This document shows positions 1 to 9,400 of a stretch of 57,627 bases of DNA, piece after piece. Each line of letters begins with the position of its first letter. Position 1 is the stretch's first letter. A program made the translations under genes and the position numbers. The stretch spans positions 1 to 57,627 of the IMG/VR virus record IMGVR_UViG_3300031702_000006, one strand, 5' to 3'. The notes beneath the pieces are model-generated. The model did no database searches. It was not told the DNA's origin and saw only the letters and a program-made list of their open reading frames with translations. Origin of the DNA: a virus. Taxonomy: Duplodnaviria; Caudoviricetes.

Positions 1-2
1 TT

Positions 3-446
3 GAGTTAACACAAGAGTCTATTGACTGGATAATGGCTAATGCAAAAGTGTCTATGTATAATGACAAAAGGTCTTATATATACAACAAGGCTTTTTATGA
101 AGCTATATTAAGTCCTGTAGTTACTTTATTTAAAGCTCCTGAACTTAAAAATCAAAGATTTGATCTTATTAGAGAGTGGGCTACAGAAAGAGGTTTATAT
201 GAAAAAGGTAATGCCAATACGCAGTATATAAAGCTTATGGAAGAAGCAGGTGAGCTTGCTCAAGCTTTGCTTAAGAATGACGAACCAGAAGTAATAGATG
301 CTATCGGTGATATTGTTGTAGTGTTAACTAATTTAGCTCATTTAAAAGGCTATAAAATTGAAGACTGCGTAGACAAAGCTTATGAGGTTATAAGCGATAG
401 AAAAGGTGAGATGATTAATGGAACATTTGTAAAAGAAACATTATAA
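3..446 (+). CDS. MazG-like nucleotide pyrophosphohydrolase (5' end probably outside window)
   Basis: KLMEEAGEL...DAIGDIVVVL EExxE/D motif of all-alpha NTP-PPases; the frame is open from position 3 to the ATG at 33. Confidence 0.85.
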   Translation, partial: ELTQESIDWIMANAKVSMYNDKRSYIYNKAFYEAILSPVVTLFKAPELKNQRFDLIREWATERGLYEKGNANTQYIKLMEEAGELAQALLKNDEPEVIDAIGDIVVVLTNLAHLKGYKIEDCVDKAYEVISDRKGEMINGTFVKETL

Positions 447-778
447 TGGGATACGTAGTTAGAACAACTGATGAAGTAGTTATTAGAGCAATCAAAAAGA
501 TTGATGAAAGATCTTTAATAGGTCAAGAGAAATACGGAGATACAATGATGAGTGAAGTTAATTCTGGTAAAAAAGACTTAGCTAGATTTCTTATTGATGT
601 ACAAGAAGAAATGACTGATTCATTACTTTACTTAGAAGCTGCCAGATCTTGTCTTAGAGATGAGATAGAAGAAGCTATGTTAAAAGATCTCGACGTAACC
701 TTTGAAGAGAATGATGAACGTATGAGAATTGTTGGTCAAAACGGTAACACCGGAGAACATTATGAAAAAGAAATATAA
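446..778 (+). CDS. conserved phage protein, possibly all-alpha NTP-PPase-like
   Basis: RSLIGQEKYG...QEEMTDSLLYLE pattern; start overlaps upstream stop (TAATG). Confidence 0.55.
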   Translation: MGYVVRTTDEVVIRAIKKIDERSLIGQEKYGDTMMSEVNSGKKDLARFLIDVQEEMTDSLLYLEAARSCLRDEIEEAMLKDLDVTFEENDERMRIVGQNGNTGEHYEKEI

Positions 779-1208
779 AAAGAAAGGTCCTGTAAGATCT
801 AACAAGGTTCTTTATGATGGTATAAACTTTGCATCAGGCTTAGAGCGTTATATGTATATGGCTTTAAAGAAAGCTAAAATACAAGCTGAATATGAAGGTC
901 AAACGTATGAATTATTTCCTGCGTTTGATTTTCCTAATGAAAGCTATGAACGCTGCGGCAACGGCAAAGGTCATTACCAAAATAGAGGTAGTAAAAAAAT
1001 ACTTAATATAAAATATACTCCAGACTTTATAGGTAAAGGTTTTATAATAGAAACTAAAGGTAGAGCAAACGAAAGCTTTCCACTTAGATGGAAAATGTTT
1101 AAGTATCATGTTGTAAACAACCTTAATAATGTTATCTTATTTAAACCACAAAATCAAAAAGAATGCGACGAGACAATAAGATTAATCCTAGAAAGTCAAA
1201 AGAAGTAG
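762..1208 (+). CDS. endonuclease I-like PD-(D/E)xK nuclease / resolvase
   Basis: FASGLE...YTPDF...IIETKG motifs; ATG at 762 preferred to the upstream alternative start. Confidence 0.8.
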   Translation: MKKKYKKKGPVRSNKVLYDGINFASGLERYMYMALKKAKIQAEYEGQTYELFPAFDFPNESYERCGNGKGHYQNRGSKKILNIKYTPDFIGKGFIIETKGRANESFPLRWKMFKYHVVNNLNNVILFKPQNQKECDETIRLILESQKK

Positions 1209-1336
1209 CTAGGCAAATGTATGCACAGCGTCAAATTGATAGATGGATTAAATGGAGTATAGAGAATAAAGGTTATGTATTTTACAGAGATCTTGTAGAG
1301 AAACAAAATGAATTAAAAATAATGTGTTATGAGTAG
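1163..1336 (+). CDS. small hypothetical protein (57 aa, MRRDNKINPR...)
   Basis: hand-translated ORF filling the operon gap; alternative start at 1217. Confidence 0.45.
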   Translation: MRRDNKINPRKSKEVARQMYAQRQIDRWIKWSIENKGYVFYRDLVEKQNELKIMCYE

Positions 1337-1469
1337 AAATTGGGAAATAACAATGGGGTTTTACCCTGGATTATTAATAGGCATTAGAACCTACGAAGAA
1401 AAAGAGTTTTATGAACATGTATTGTATCTACCTATTTGTGTAGATATATCTTTAAAAATTGATAAGTAA
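1329..1469 (+). CDS. small hypothetical protein (46 aa, MSRNWEITMGFYPGLLIG...)
   Basis: hand-translated; its stop overlaps the nrdB start (TAATG). Confidence 0.6.
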   Translation: MSRNWEITMGFYPGLLIGIRTYEEKEFYEHVLYLPICVDISLKIDK

Positions 1470-2437
1470 TGGGATTATTTGATGAAAGAATAGCTTACAA
1501 ACCTTTTGAGTACCCAGAGTACTACACAGAAGGCTGGCTAAAGCAAGCTCAAGCATTTTGGCTTCACACAGAGATTCCAATGTCTGGCGATTTAAAAGAC
1601 TGGAATGAAAAGCTAACAAAAGAAGAGAAGAACTTAGTAGGGAATATCCTACTAGGTTTTGCTCAAACAGAGTGTGCTGTGTCTGATTACTGGACACAAA
1701 AAGTTGTTGGTTGGTTTCCTAAGCATGAAATACAGCAGATGGCCATGATGTTTGGCTCGCAAGAAACTATACACGCGGTAGCTTATAGCTATTTAAATGA
1801 AACACTAGGATTAGAAGATTATGAAGCATTCTTACACGAGCCCGCCACGTCGCAGCGCTTTGATAACCTTGTTAGTTACACTGGTTCTGACGCTCGTGGG
1901 ATTGGCAAGTCTATCGCTATTTTTTCTGCATTTGCAGAAGGCGTATCTCTCTATTCCGCTTTTGCTGTGTTATATAGTTTTCAGCTCCGTAATTTGCTTA
2001 AAGGCATTGGCCAACAGATGAAATGGTCTGTAAGAGATGAATCACTGCATAGTAAAATGGGTTGCAAGCTATTTAGACACATGTGTGAAGAAGATTCAAG
2101 TCTTTTAGACGAATGCAGAGAAGATGTAGTAACAGCAGCATCTACAATGCTAGTAGCTGAAGAAACCTATATTGACAAAATGTTTGAAATGGGCGATATA
2201 GAAGGTATAAAAGCCTATGATTTAAAACAATTTATTAGAAAAAGATTAAATGAAAAACTATCAGAACTCGGTTACTTCGACCTCGGGCAGTACTTTGCAT
2301 ATGACGAGTCAGGATCCGACAACCTCAACTGGTTCTACCACCTTACAGGTGGGCACACTCATACTGATTTTTTTGCTGTTCGTCCGACTGATTATTCAAA
2401 AGCAGGTGAAGGCGAAGATTTTGAAGATATTTGGTAA
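1469..2437 (+). CDS. nrdB: ribonucleotide reductase class Ia beta subunit
   Basis: YKPFEYP, FWLHTEI, ETIHAVAY (iron ligands and radical Tyr), EGVSLYSAF, RDESLH, DFF motifs. Confidence 0.97.
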   Translation: MGLFDERIAYKPFEYPEYYTEGWLKQAQAFWLHTEIPMSGDLKDWNEKLTKEEKNLVGNILLGFAQTECAVSDYWTQKVVGWFPKHEIQQMAMMFGSQETIHAVAYSYLNETLGLEDYEAFLHEPATSQRFDNLVSYTGSDARGIGKSIAIFSAFAEGVSLYSAFAVLYSFQLRNLLKGIGQQMKWSVRDESLHSKMGCKLFRHMCEEDSSLLDECREDVVTAASTMLVAEETYIDKMFEMGDIEGIKAYDLKQFIRKRLNEKLSELGYFDLGQYFAYDESGSDNLNWFYHLTGGHTHTDFFAVRPTDYSKAGEGEDFEDIW

Positions 2438-2697
2438 TGAATAGAGATTTCTTAAAAAAGTTAGTAAAAGACAGAAGATTAACCGTCAACGAAAGATTAT
2501 CAGGTCGTTTGGGTTATATGGGTACAGCATTTATAATGATGGGGCCATACATATTATCGTATGGCAATATTGGCGCTGTTAGCTACATAATAGGTGGTTT
2601 ACTATGTACGCCACAGGTTTGGATTGCTAAGCAATGGAATTTAGTGGCTATAAATATAAACGTAGTAATAGGTTATTTAGTGTATCTACTATGGTAA
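2437..2697 (+). CDS. small multi-pass membrane protein
   Basis: three hydrophobic segments; coupled to the nrdB stop. Confidence 0.65.
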   Translation: MNRDFLKKLVKDRRLTVNERLSGRLGYMGTAFIMMGPYILSYGNIGAVSYIIGGLLCTPQVWIAKQWNLVAININVVIGYLVYLLW

Positions 2698-2840
2698 GAA
2701 AACATACTATTAAATGCAGCGCTTGCGATAAAACATTTTCAAGTGGTTTTGATTACAGGATGCACTGGGAAGAATTACATTTAGATTATGCTATGGAACA
2801 AATTAAAATAAAAAACAATGAAGGAAAACACACTAGTTGA
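2691..2840 (+). CDS. C2H2-type zinc-finger mini-protein
   Basis: CSACDKTFSSGFDYRMHWEELH = C-x2-C-x12-H-x4-H. Confidence 0.65.
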   Translation: MVRKHTIKCSACDKTFSSGFDYRMHWEELHLDYAMEQIKIKNNEGKHTS

Positions 2841-3066
2841 AATGAAAAACAAAGTAGATGCATTAACTAGAGTCATGCAGAATGTTATTAATGAGTTTAC
2901 TACAATAAAAGATATGTCAGTTGGTACATTAGAAGTTGTTAAAAAACTACCTAATTATCAAGATGCTATTGATGAGCTAAAAGAAGAAATGATTAAGGCT
3001 AATAAACTAGCTAAACAAGCTGAAGACAAAGTAAATAAAGAAGATAAAAAATTAGAATTAAATTAA
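2818..3066 (+). CDS. hypothetical coiled-coil protein
   Basis: ORF track; operon position. Confidence 0.7.
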   Translation: MKENTLVEMKNKVDALTRVMQNVINEFTTIKDMSVGTLEVVKKLPNYQDAIDELKEEMIKANKLAKQAEDKVNKEDKKLELN

Positions 3067-3414
3067 ATGAAAAAAATAATGATAGTTTTAATGTTAACAC
3101 TAGGTGTTAATGTTAGCGCGCAGGTAAGTAATTTTGAAGGTTTTTGGATGTCATTAGATACGTCTTATAATATATTAATAACACATAATAATGATAATGA
3201 TTTATTAACTTTAAACTCTTTTAGCTTTAGTGACAATACTTTAGTTAAAGAGTCAATTAGCTCTATAGCTTACGATGAGATAAATACTGTTTCGCAATCA
3301 GAAAATAATTGGAATTTACTTATTAAATATACAATAGTAAATGATACAGTAATGAAAGCTCATTACACAGGCAGTACTACTCAAACTTTAATTTACGAAA
3401 AAATAACAGACTAA
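3067..3414 (+). CDS. hypothetical exported protein
   Basis: MKK + hydrophobic stretch + VSA/Q signal-peptidase-like site. Confidence 0.7.
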   Translation: MKKIMIVLMLTLGVNVSAQVSNFEGFWMSLDTSYNILITHNNDNDLLTLNSFSFSDNTLVKESISSIAYDEINTVSQSENNWNLLIKYTIVNDTVMKAHYTGSTTQTLIYEKITD

Positions 3415-5136
3415 ATGTGGAAAAATGAATGGATCAAAGGAGAAGATTACCCAGAATGGGGAGAAACAGAAGTTTACAAGAAGACTATATCCGGGGGATA
3501 TCTACTTAACGGAGAAACCCCAAGAGATGCCTACAACAGAGTATGCACAACGGTGGCTAGACGATTGGACAGACCAGAACTTGCAGAAACATTCTTCAAG
3601 TACATCTGGAAGGGATGGCTTTGTCTCGCCAGTCCCGTTCTCAGTAATACTGGGACCGATCGTGGGCTTCCTATTAGTTGTTTTGGGATTGATGTTGCTG
3701 ATAGTATAAAAGATATTGGTGAAAAGAACTTAGAGATGATGCTACTCGCTAAGCATGGCGGTGGAGTTGGTATTGGTATTAATCAAATTCGACCCGCTGG
3801 AGCTAAAATTACTGGTAATGGAACATCTGACGGAGTGGTGCCTTTTTGCAAAATCTACGATTCAACTATACTCGCCACTAATCAAGGATCTGTCAGACGA
3901 GGAGCTGCATCAGTTAACATCAATATTGATCACGCCGACTTTGAAGAGTGGCTGGAGATTAGAGAGCCTAAAGGAGACGTCAATAGACAATCACTCAACT
4001 TGCACCAGTGCGCAGTGGTCGGTGACAAGTTTATGCGAAGACTTGAGCAAGGAGATCAAGAAGCTAGACGTAAGTGGGGAAAATTACTACAAAAACGTAA
4101 AGCAACTGGAGAACCTTATATACTCTTTAAAGGTAATACAAACAAAAATAACCCAAAGGCATATAAACAGAACGGACTTAAGGTTCATATGACAAATATC
4201 TGTAGTGAAATAGTTTTACATACAGACGAAAGTCATAGTTTTGTTTGTTGCTTATCTAGTTTAAATTTAGCTAAATATGACGAATGGAAGAATACTAATA
4301 TTATTTATGATGCTATCTGGTTTCTTGATGGTGTACTTGAAGAGTTTATCCAAAAAGCCAAAGGAAAAATTGGGTTTGAAAACTCGGTTAGATCTGCAGA
4401 AAAGGGTAGAGCTCTTGGACTCGGAGCTCTTGGCTGGCATACTTACCTTCAGGAAAGGGGATTACCATTTGAAGGTTTATTATCTCAGTTTGAGACTAGA
4501 AAGATTTTTAGTCAAATCAAAATTGAAAGTGAAAGAGCTTCAATGGATCTCGCTGAGGTTTTTGGTGAGCCACTTTGGTGTGTTGGTACTGGCACACGTA
4601 ACACTCACCTTCGTGCTATTGCTCCAACAGTTTCAAACTCGAAATTATCTGGGAATGTTTCTCCTGGTATTGAACCTTGGGCTGCTAATGTATTTACAGA
4701 GCAATCAGCTAAAGGGACGTTCATAAGAAAAAACCCTACACTTGAAATTTTATTAGAACAATATAACTTAAACACCGAGGAAACTTGGGCAAAAATACTA
4801 GAAGATGGCGGATCTGTACAAGGAATTAAAAGGTTGGATGATATACTTGTGGGAGACCACGAAATACCAGCTAAAGAAGTTTTTAAAACGTTTAAAGAAA
4901 TTAATCAATTAGAATTAGTAAATCAAGCCGGACTAAGGCAACAGTATGTAGATCAATCAGTTAGTTTAAACTTAGCTTTTCCTTCAGAAGCAACTCCTAA
5001 ATGGATTAATCAAGTTCACTTTGATGCTTGGAAGAAAGGCATTAAAACATTGTATTATGTCAGAACTGAAAGCGTCTTGCGTGGTGATATTGCTGCAAGT
5101 GCTATGGATCCTTCTTGTGTATCTTGTGATGGTTAG
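3415..5136 (+). CDS. nrdA: ribonucleotide reductase class Ia alpha subunit (short, no obvious ATP cone)
   Basis: LASPVLSN, ISCF, GGGVG, TNICSEI catalytic motif, APTVSNS, KTLYY, C-terminal CVSC. Confidence 0.97.
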   Translation: MWKNEWIKGEDYPEWGETEVYKKTISGGYLLNGETPRDAYNRVCTTVARRLDRPELAETFFKYIWKGWLCLASPVLSNTGTDRGLPISCFGIDVADSIKDIGEKNLEMMLLAKHGGGVGIGINQIRPAGAKITGNGTSDGVVPFCKIYDSTILATNQGSVRRGAASVNINIDHADFEEWLEIREPKGDVNRQSLNLHQCAVVGDKFMRRLEQGDQEARRKWGKLLQKRKATGEPYILFKGNTNKNNPKAYKQNGLKVHMTNICSEIVLHTDESHSFVCCLSSLNLAKYDEWKNTNIIYDAIWFLDGVLEEFIQKAKGKIGFENSVRSAEKGRALGLGALGWHTYLQERGLPFEGLLSQFETRKIFSQIKIESERASMDLAEVFGEPLWCVGTGTRNTHLRAIAPTVSNSKLSGNVSPGIEPWAANVFTEQSAKGTFIRKNPTLEILLEQYNLNTEETWAKILEDGGSVQGIKRLDDILVGDHEIPAKEVFKTFKEINQLELVNQAGLRQQYVDQSVSLNLAFPSEATPKWINQVHFDAWKKGIKTLYYVRTESVLRGDIAASAMDPSCVSCDG

Positions 5137-5148
5137 TAATTAAAATCT

Positions 5149-5182
5149 AAAAAAGGGGACCACGTGAGTGATCCCCTTTCTT
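5149..5182. terminator. bidirectional intrinsic terminator between convergent blocks
   Basis: AAAGGGGA-c-CAC GTGA GTG-a-TCCCCTTT hairpin with A and T tracts on either side. Confidence 0.8.
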
Positions 5183-5197
5183 GGTTACAGGAACGGT

Positions 5198-5222
5198 TGG
5201 GTATGGTGCCCAGTTTTTATTT
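5198..5222 (+). terminator. second hairpin / tandem terminator
   Basis: TGGGTA TGG TGCCCA followed by GTTTTTATTT. Confidence 0.5.
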
Positions 5223-5239
5223 GTTCCTAGTGATATTAT

Positions 5240-5587
5240 TTATTCTCCGCATTTTTTGCTAGGATCACCAACTTGTCTCCAGTCTTGTTTGACCCAGTCT
5301 TTTAAATTCTTACTGGCAGTTCCACTTACGTTGGATTTACTTGATCTTTTGTAATCACCTTTAGCAGCTGCAGAGCGTTTAGCGTTTATAACTTTCTGTT
5401 TTTCTTCTTTGCTCATGCTAGCTATTTTAGCTTTAGGCAAACAAACTTTCTTAGTACCACCGCCTTTTGTACCTTTTTCTAGTGGCGATGATTCTTTACA
5501 ACTTCCTTTAGCTCCTTGTTTAGTTCCACGAACTCTTTCAAATCCTTTCCAACAATTAAGTGGCGACTCTGGCTGAACATAAGCCAT
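5240..5587 (-). CDS. small basic late protein
   Basis: CWKGF...GSC, CLPKAK and DWVKQDW motifs typical of small phage late proteins; ATG at 5587. Confidence 0.75.
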   Translation of the reverse strand: MAYVQPESPLNCWKGFERVRGTKQGAKGSCKESSPLEKGTKGGGTKKVCLPKAKIASMSKEEKQKVINAKRSAAAKGDYKRSSKSNVSGTASKNLKDWVKQDWRQVGDPSKKCGE

Positions 5588-5718
5588 TAGCACTTACCTT
5601 TTTTCTGTTGCTTAGATGCCCACATATTTGCATAAGCAGATGGATACACATCAAATTTTCTTTTAGCAGCCGCTTTACAACCTGCAGTTAATTTTCTTAA
5701 TAATGGTGTTACTTTCAT
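5587..5718 (-). CDS. small basic late protein (43 aa, YPSAYANMWASK motif)
   Basis: hand-translated MKVTPLLRKLTAGCKAAAKRKFDVYPSAYANMWASKQQKKGKC; stop overlaps next start. Confidence 0.7.
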   Translation of the reverse strand: MKVTPLLRKLTAGCKAAAKRKFDVYPSAYANMWASKQQKKGKC

Positions 5719-5734
5719 CTTTTTTAAATTTATA

Positions 5735-6091
5735 TTAATATGTCCACATTGTCATTTTAGGCGCTCCGGGGTATCCGATACCTAAATGTACAAAATTCTT
5801 TTTTCTACTTACGCCTATTCTTAAGAAGCCTATCTTTAAAGCGGCTTTTACTAATCTTAAGGTAGCTTCACCTCCAATACAAACAATATCTACAGCACAT
5901 CCATGAGCATGTTCTCCAGGTTTATCTTTAGCAGCCTCAATAGGGTGATCAGGAGACCTATAAGATGACGTCAGTTGAATAGGAAAACCATACTCAGCAC
6001 GTAATGCATCTAGCATACCTAGTAGCTTAGAATCCATCTTATCCATGTTACCTTTAAAATCGTGTTTGTCGTTAAAGTATTTTAATTTCAT
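5735..6091 (-). CDS. peptidase M15A-family endolysin
   Basis: LTSSYRS, GEHAHGCAVDI and FVHL zinc ligands. Confidence 0.88.
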   Translation of the reverse strand: MKLKYFNDKHDFKGNMDKMDSKLLGMLDALRAEYGFPIQLTSSYRSPDHPIEAAKDKPGEHAHGCAVDIVCIGGEATLRLVKAALKIGFLRIGVSRKKNFVHLGIGYPGAPKMTMWTY

Positions 6092-6462
6092 TTATCTCTT
6101 CTTTCAATTAAGTTATCTATAAAACTAGCACCAAGCACACTGATTTTATCAATCATATTTTCTTGTAAAGTTATAACCATATTCTCTAACTCATCTTTTT
6201 GTTTTACTAGGTGATCATTAGACGCTTGTAATGAATCTACTTTCTTAGTCAAAGCATTAACTTCGTCTGGATTACGGCCTATTATAGTATATATTACAAC
6301 AGATAAACTACCTACCACCATTCCTGTGACTGTCACAAATATGTCTTTATTGACTGGAGGGATTTGATTAAAACTTAAAAATAATAACAACAATATGATT
6401 AAAATAAATATACCTGCCGCACCGGCGTAATGTCTTAAATCGTTTTTTGCTTTTAAACTCAT
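6088..6462 (-). CDS. membrane protein, holin-like
   Basis: two TM segments plus coiled coil, directly upstream of the lysin. Confidence 0.55.
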   Translation of the reverse strand: MSLKAKNDLRHYAGAAGIFILIILLLLFLSFNQIPPVNKDIFVTVTGMVVGSLSVVIYTIIGRNPDEVNALTKKVDSLQASNDHLVKQKDELENMVITLQENMIDKISVLGASFIDNLIERRDK

Positions 6463-9400
6463 TTAGTTTCTTGTTTTTTTAGATCTTGATTTTGATCTTG
6501 TTCTGTTTCTAGATTTAACCGTAGATTTTACTGACTTTTTAAATTTCTCTTTTTTAATATTCAATTCCCAAGCTGACCATCCTAAGGCCAAAGCTATTCT
6601 TTTATAATATTCAGTTTCTTCATTGCTAGCGTCGACTATATTGGTTATTTTCTTTACAGCTCTATCTAGTGGTACGTTTGTCAAGGCAGATATAACATTT
6701 GCATTAGCTAGATAAGCAGGGTTATCGATGGCCCAACCTTTAGCTCTCATTTCTTGTTTGTTCCAGGAATATGATCTACCAGCAGACTGTAATTTACCTA
6801 TTTTAGATGATATAGGTGGAGATATTTGTAACACTCCTTTAACTACAGCGTCTTGATATTTAGGTGATTTTTTGTCGGCTTCTTTAGCTAATCTTATAGC
6901 TGTATTTTTAACTACAGAAACTATAGCACCTCCAAGTCCAATACCTCGCAATATACTGTCAGACATACCATTTACTATGTTAAAGTATTTTTCGTCTTTC
7001 TTTTTGTCTTCTTCGTCATCATCAAAAGCAAGAGCAAATAATGCTTGCTGTAAAGCAGAGAATAAAAGGTTTTGTGCTACCCCATAGTATATGATCTTAG
7101 ATATGTTTGTTTTAGCATCTCCTCGACCATTCTTAAGGTCGCTAGCAGCTTTTTTAATTAGTCGTGCATATTGTGCTGGCGTATTAGCAAAAGCTAGCAC
7201 TACTCGCCCTAATGGACCAGCTTGTTGTTGGCTAATTTTATCAGGTCTGCTTGACTGTTGAGACTCTTCTGCAATTTCTCTAAAATCTCTAAACGCTTGA
7301 TCTTCAGCTTCAGTCTTTGTTAAACCTTCTTTCTGTAAAGCTTTAATTCTATTTCTATAAAACGAAGCTCCACCCGATGCAATAGCAAAACTATCTGCTA
7401 GTTGTGTTGGCAAGAAACCAGCTTTAAGTATTCCAGCAATTACATTTCTAGCACTATTTCCAGGACCCTTAGCCATATCAGCAATATCAGCTTCATTTAC
7501 ATTTAATTTTAAGCCGCTACGTCTATCTAATAAAAACGGTGAATTAAATAACTTTTTAAAATCACTCCAATATTGAGGTTGATTAGCAAATGCAACTCCA
7601 GCTTTTAATACGTTATTATCACTAAAGTTTATAAAGTTAACAGCTGATATAGTCTGCAATACAGCTGATCTAGTATTAAAAAACATAATAGCACCAACTG
7701 AATTTGTTAACCAGTCTGTAAACCTAGCAGTTAGATTATCAGAACCTGAATTAGTATTTCTACCAGTACTCATTCTTTGAAGCATATTCTCCATAGATTC
7801 TCTATAAGGCTTACCGTAAGCTGCTTCAAGTTTATTGAGATTTGTTTCAGAAAATATTTGATCTACATTTTGCTGCCACACTTCTAGATATTTATCTCTT
7901 TTAACTGTATTTAAAGCTTTTATAAAGTCTGTATCAATAGTTCCAGCAACCCAACCGCCATCAGGAGCAGCATACGCATCTCCTTTACCCATAGCTATTA
8001 ATTGATCTGCAAAAACAGTTAAATCAGCATCATTATTCACATAGTCAACTAATTCTTGTTGATCTTTTTGAGACAATCCAGGCACTGTCATACCTTGTTT
8101 ATTCCAAATAGCAACTCTTACAGCTTGCTCTTTAGTGAAGTCACTATCTTTTATTTTTTTACGTAAGTTTTTAGGTACAATTTTTAAAGCTTTTTTAAGG
8201 CCTTTAAAGTCTTCCATCAATGTAACTCTATCGTTGGCTAAGTTTTCCATTGCTCTTGCAAATGGATTAAGCAAATGAGCTTTATACCAAGCCATTTGAG
8301 CATCTCCAACGTCACCTTTTCCTAAAGTAGAGTATAATAAACCTACAAAGTCTTCAGCAGACGGTGGAATAAAGAAGTTAAATCTACCTTTATTAGCTCC
8401 AGCAACCTCAGCTTTAACTCTAGCATAAGTTTTATCTGATGCAATACCGGTTTTGTTCTCTATAATATCATTAAAATCTTTATCAAGATCTAATGATTTG
8501 CTAAATTTAAGTTCAGATTCTTGGCTATCGTTGTCTATTTCAGACATTTCGCTTAAAACGTTGTTGTTTATGAAATCACCTTTTAATTTAAATTCAGAAG
8601 GTAACATATTATTGTTAGACTTAGAAGCCTTTAATACAGAGTTATTTAAAGCTAAATAATTCTCTCCATACACAACACCTTTATCTTTACCTCCAATCGA
8701 TTCTAAGGTAAACATATTCTTGTATCCTTTAGTTAAAGCATTGAAGTATCTAGTTAAAGGACTCATTCCTAATTTAAACCAAGAAGGCATAGAAGCTTGA
8801 TGAACAATGTTTATTCTTTTGTCCATATCTCTAGGAATCATAGCAACCTGTTGACTTTCTTTCAACACCTCTAAGTCAACACCACCTTCATAGAAGTGCT
8901 TAACCATCTCCTTTAAAGTATAGAGTGATGGTAACATATGCTCAAAAACAGTTGCTGAATCGCTTTTGCCATTATAAAAATACTTAACATAAGCAACGCG
9001 TTTACCTAAAGCACTCATGTTAGATTTTAAAGCCATAAGAGCCATACCAAACTGCAGTTTGTCACCTTTACTTGATATAAAACTAAGATAATCAACCATA
9101 GCATCAAAACCTTCTCCTGCTTCTTTTTTTCTATCACCATACTCAGCTTCTACAGTTTCTCTTTTGAGATTATTTGATTGAGAAAAAGTTTTAATTTTAG
9201 CTTTAAGTTCAGCTTGATTTTTAAATTGTTTTACCCCGTTAATTAAAACGTTAACAGGAACAACTCCAGTTCCGGTTTTTCTATACTTTATTATAATATC
9301 TTTATTTTTTAAAGCTCTGTTTGTAGCTTTAAACCAATCTAAAGATCCAGCATAACCTTGATATCTACCGTCACCTATTTTACCCGCACTAGTGTGATAA

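Noticed and set aside
1821-2444. Hydrophobic +1-frame ORFs in nrdB as membrane proteins
   Set aside because: T-ending codons put T at position 2 of the +1 frame, producing hydrophobic sequence as an artefact; the ORFs are short
1469-5136. Introns or inteins in nrd genes or terL
   Set aside because: ORFs are continuous and of normal or short length, with no homing endonuclease or intein motifs
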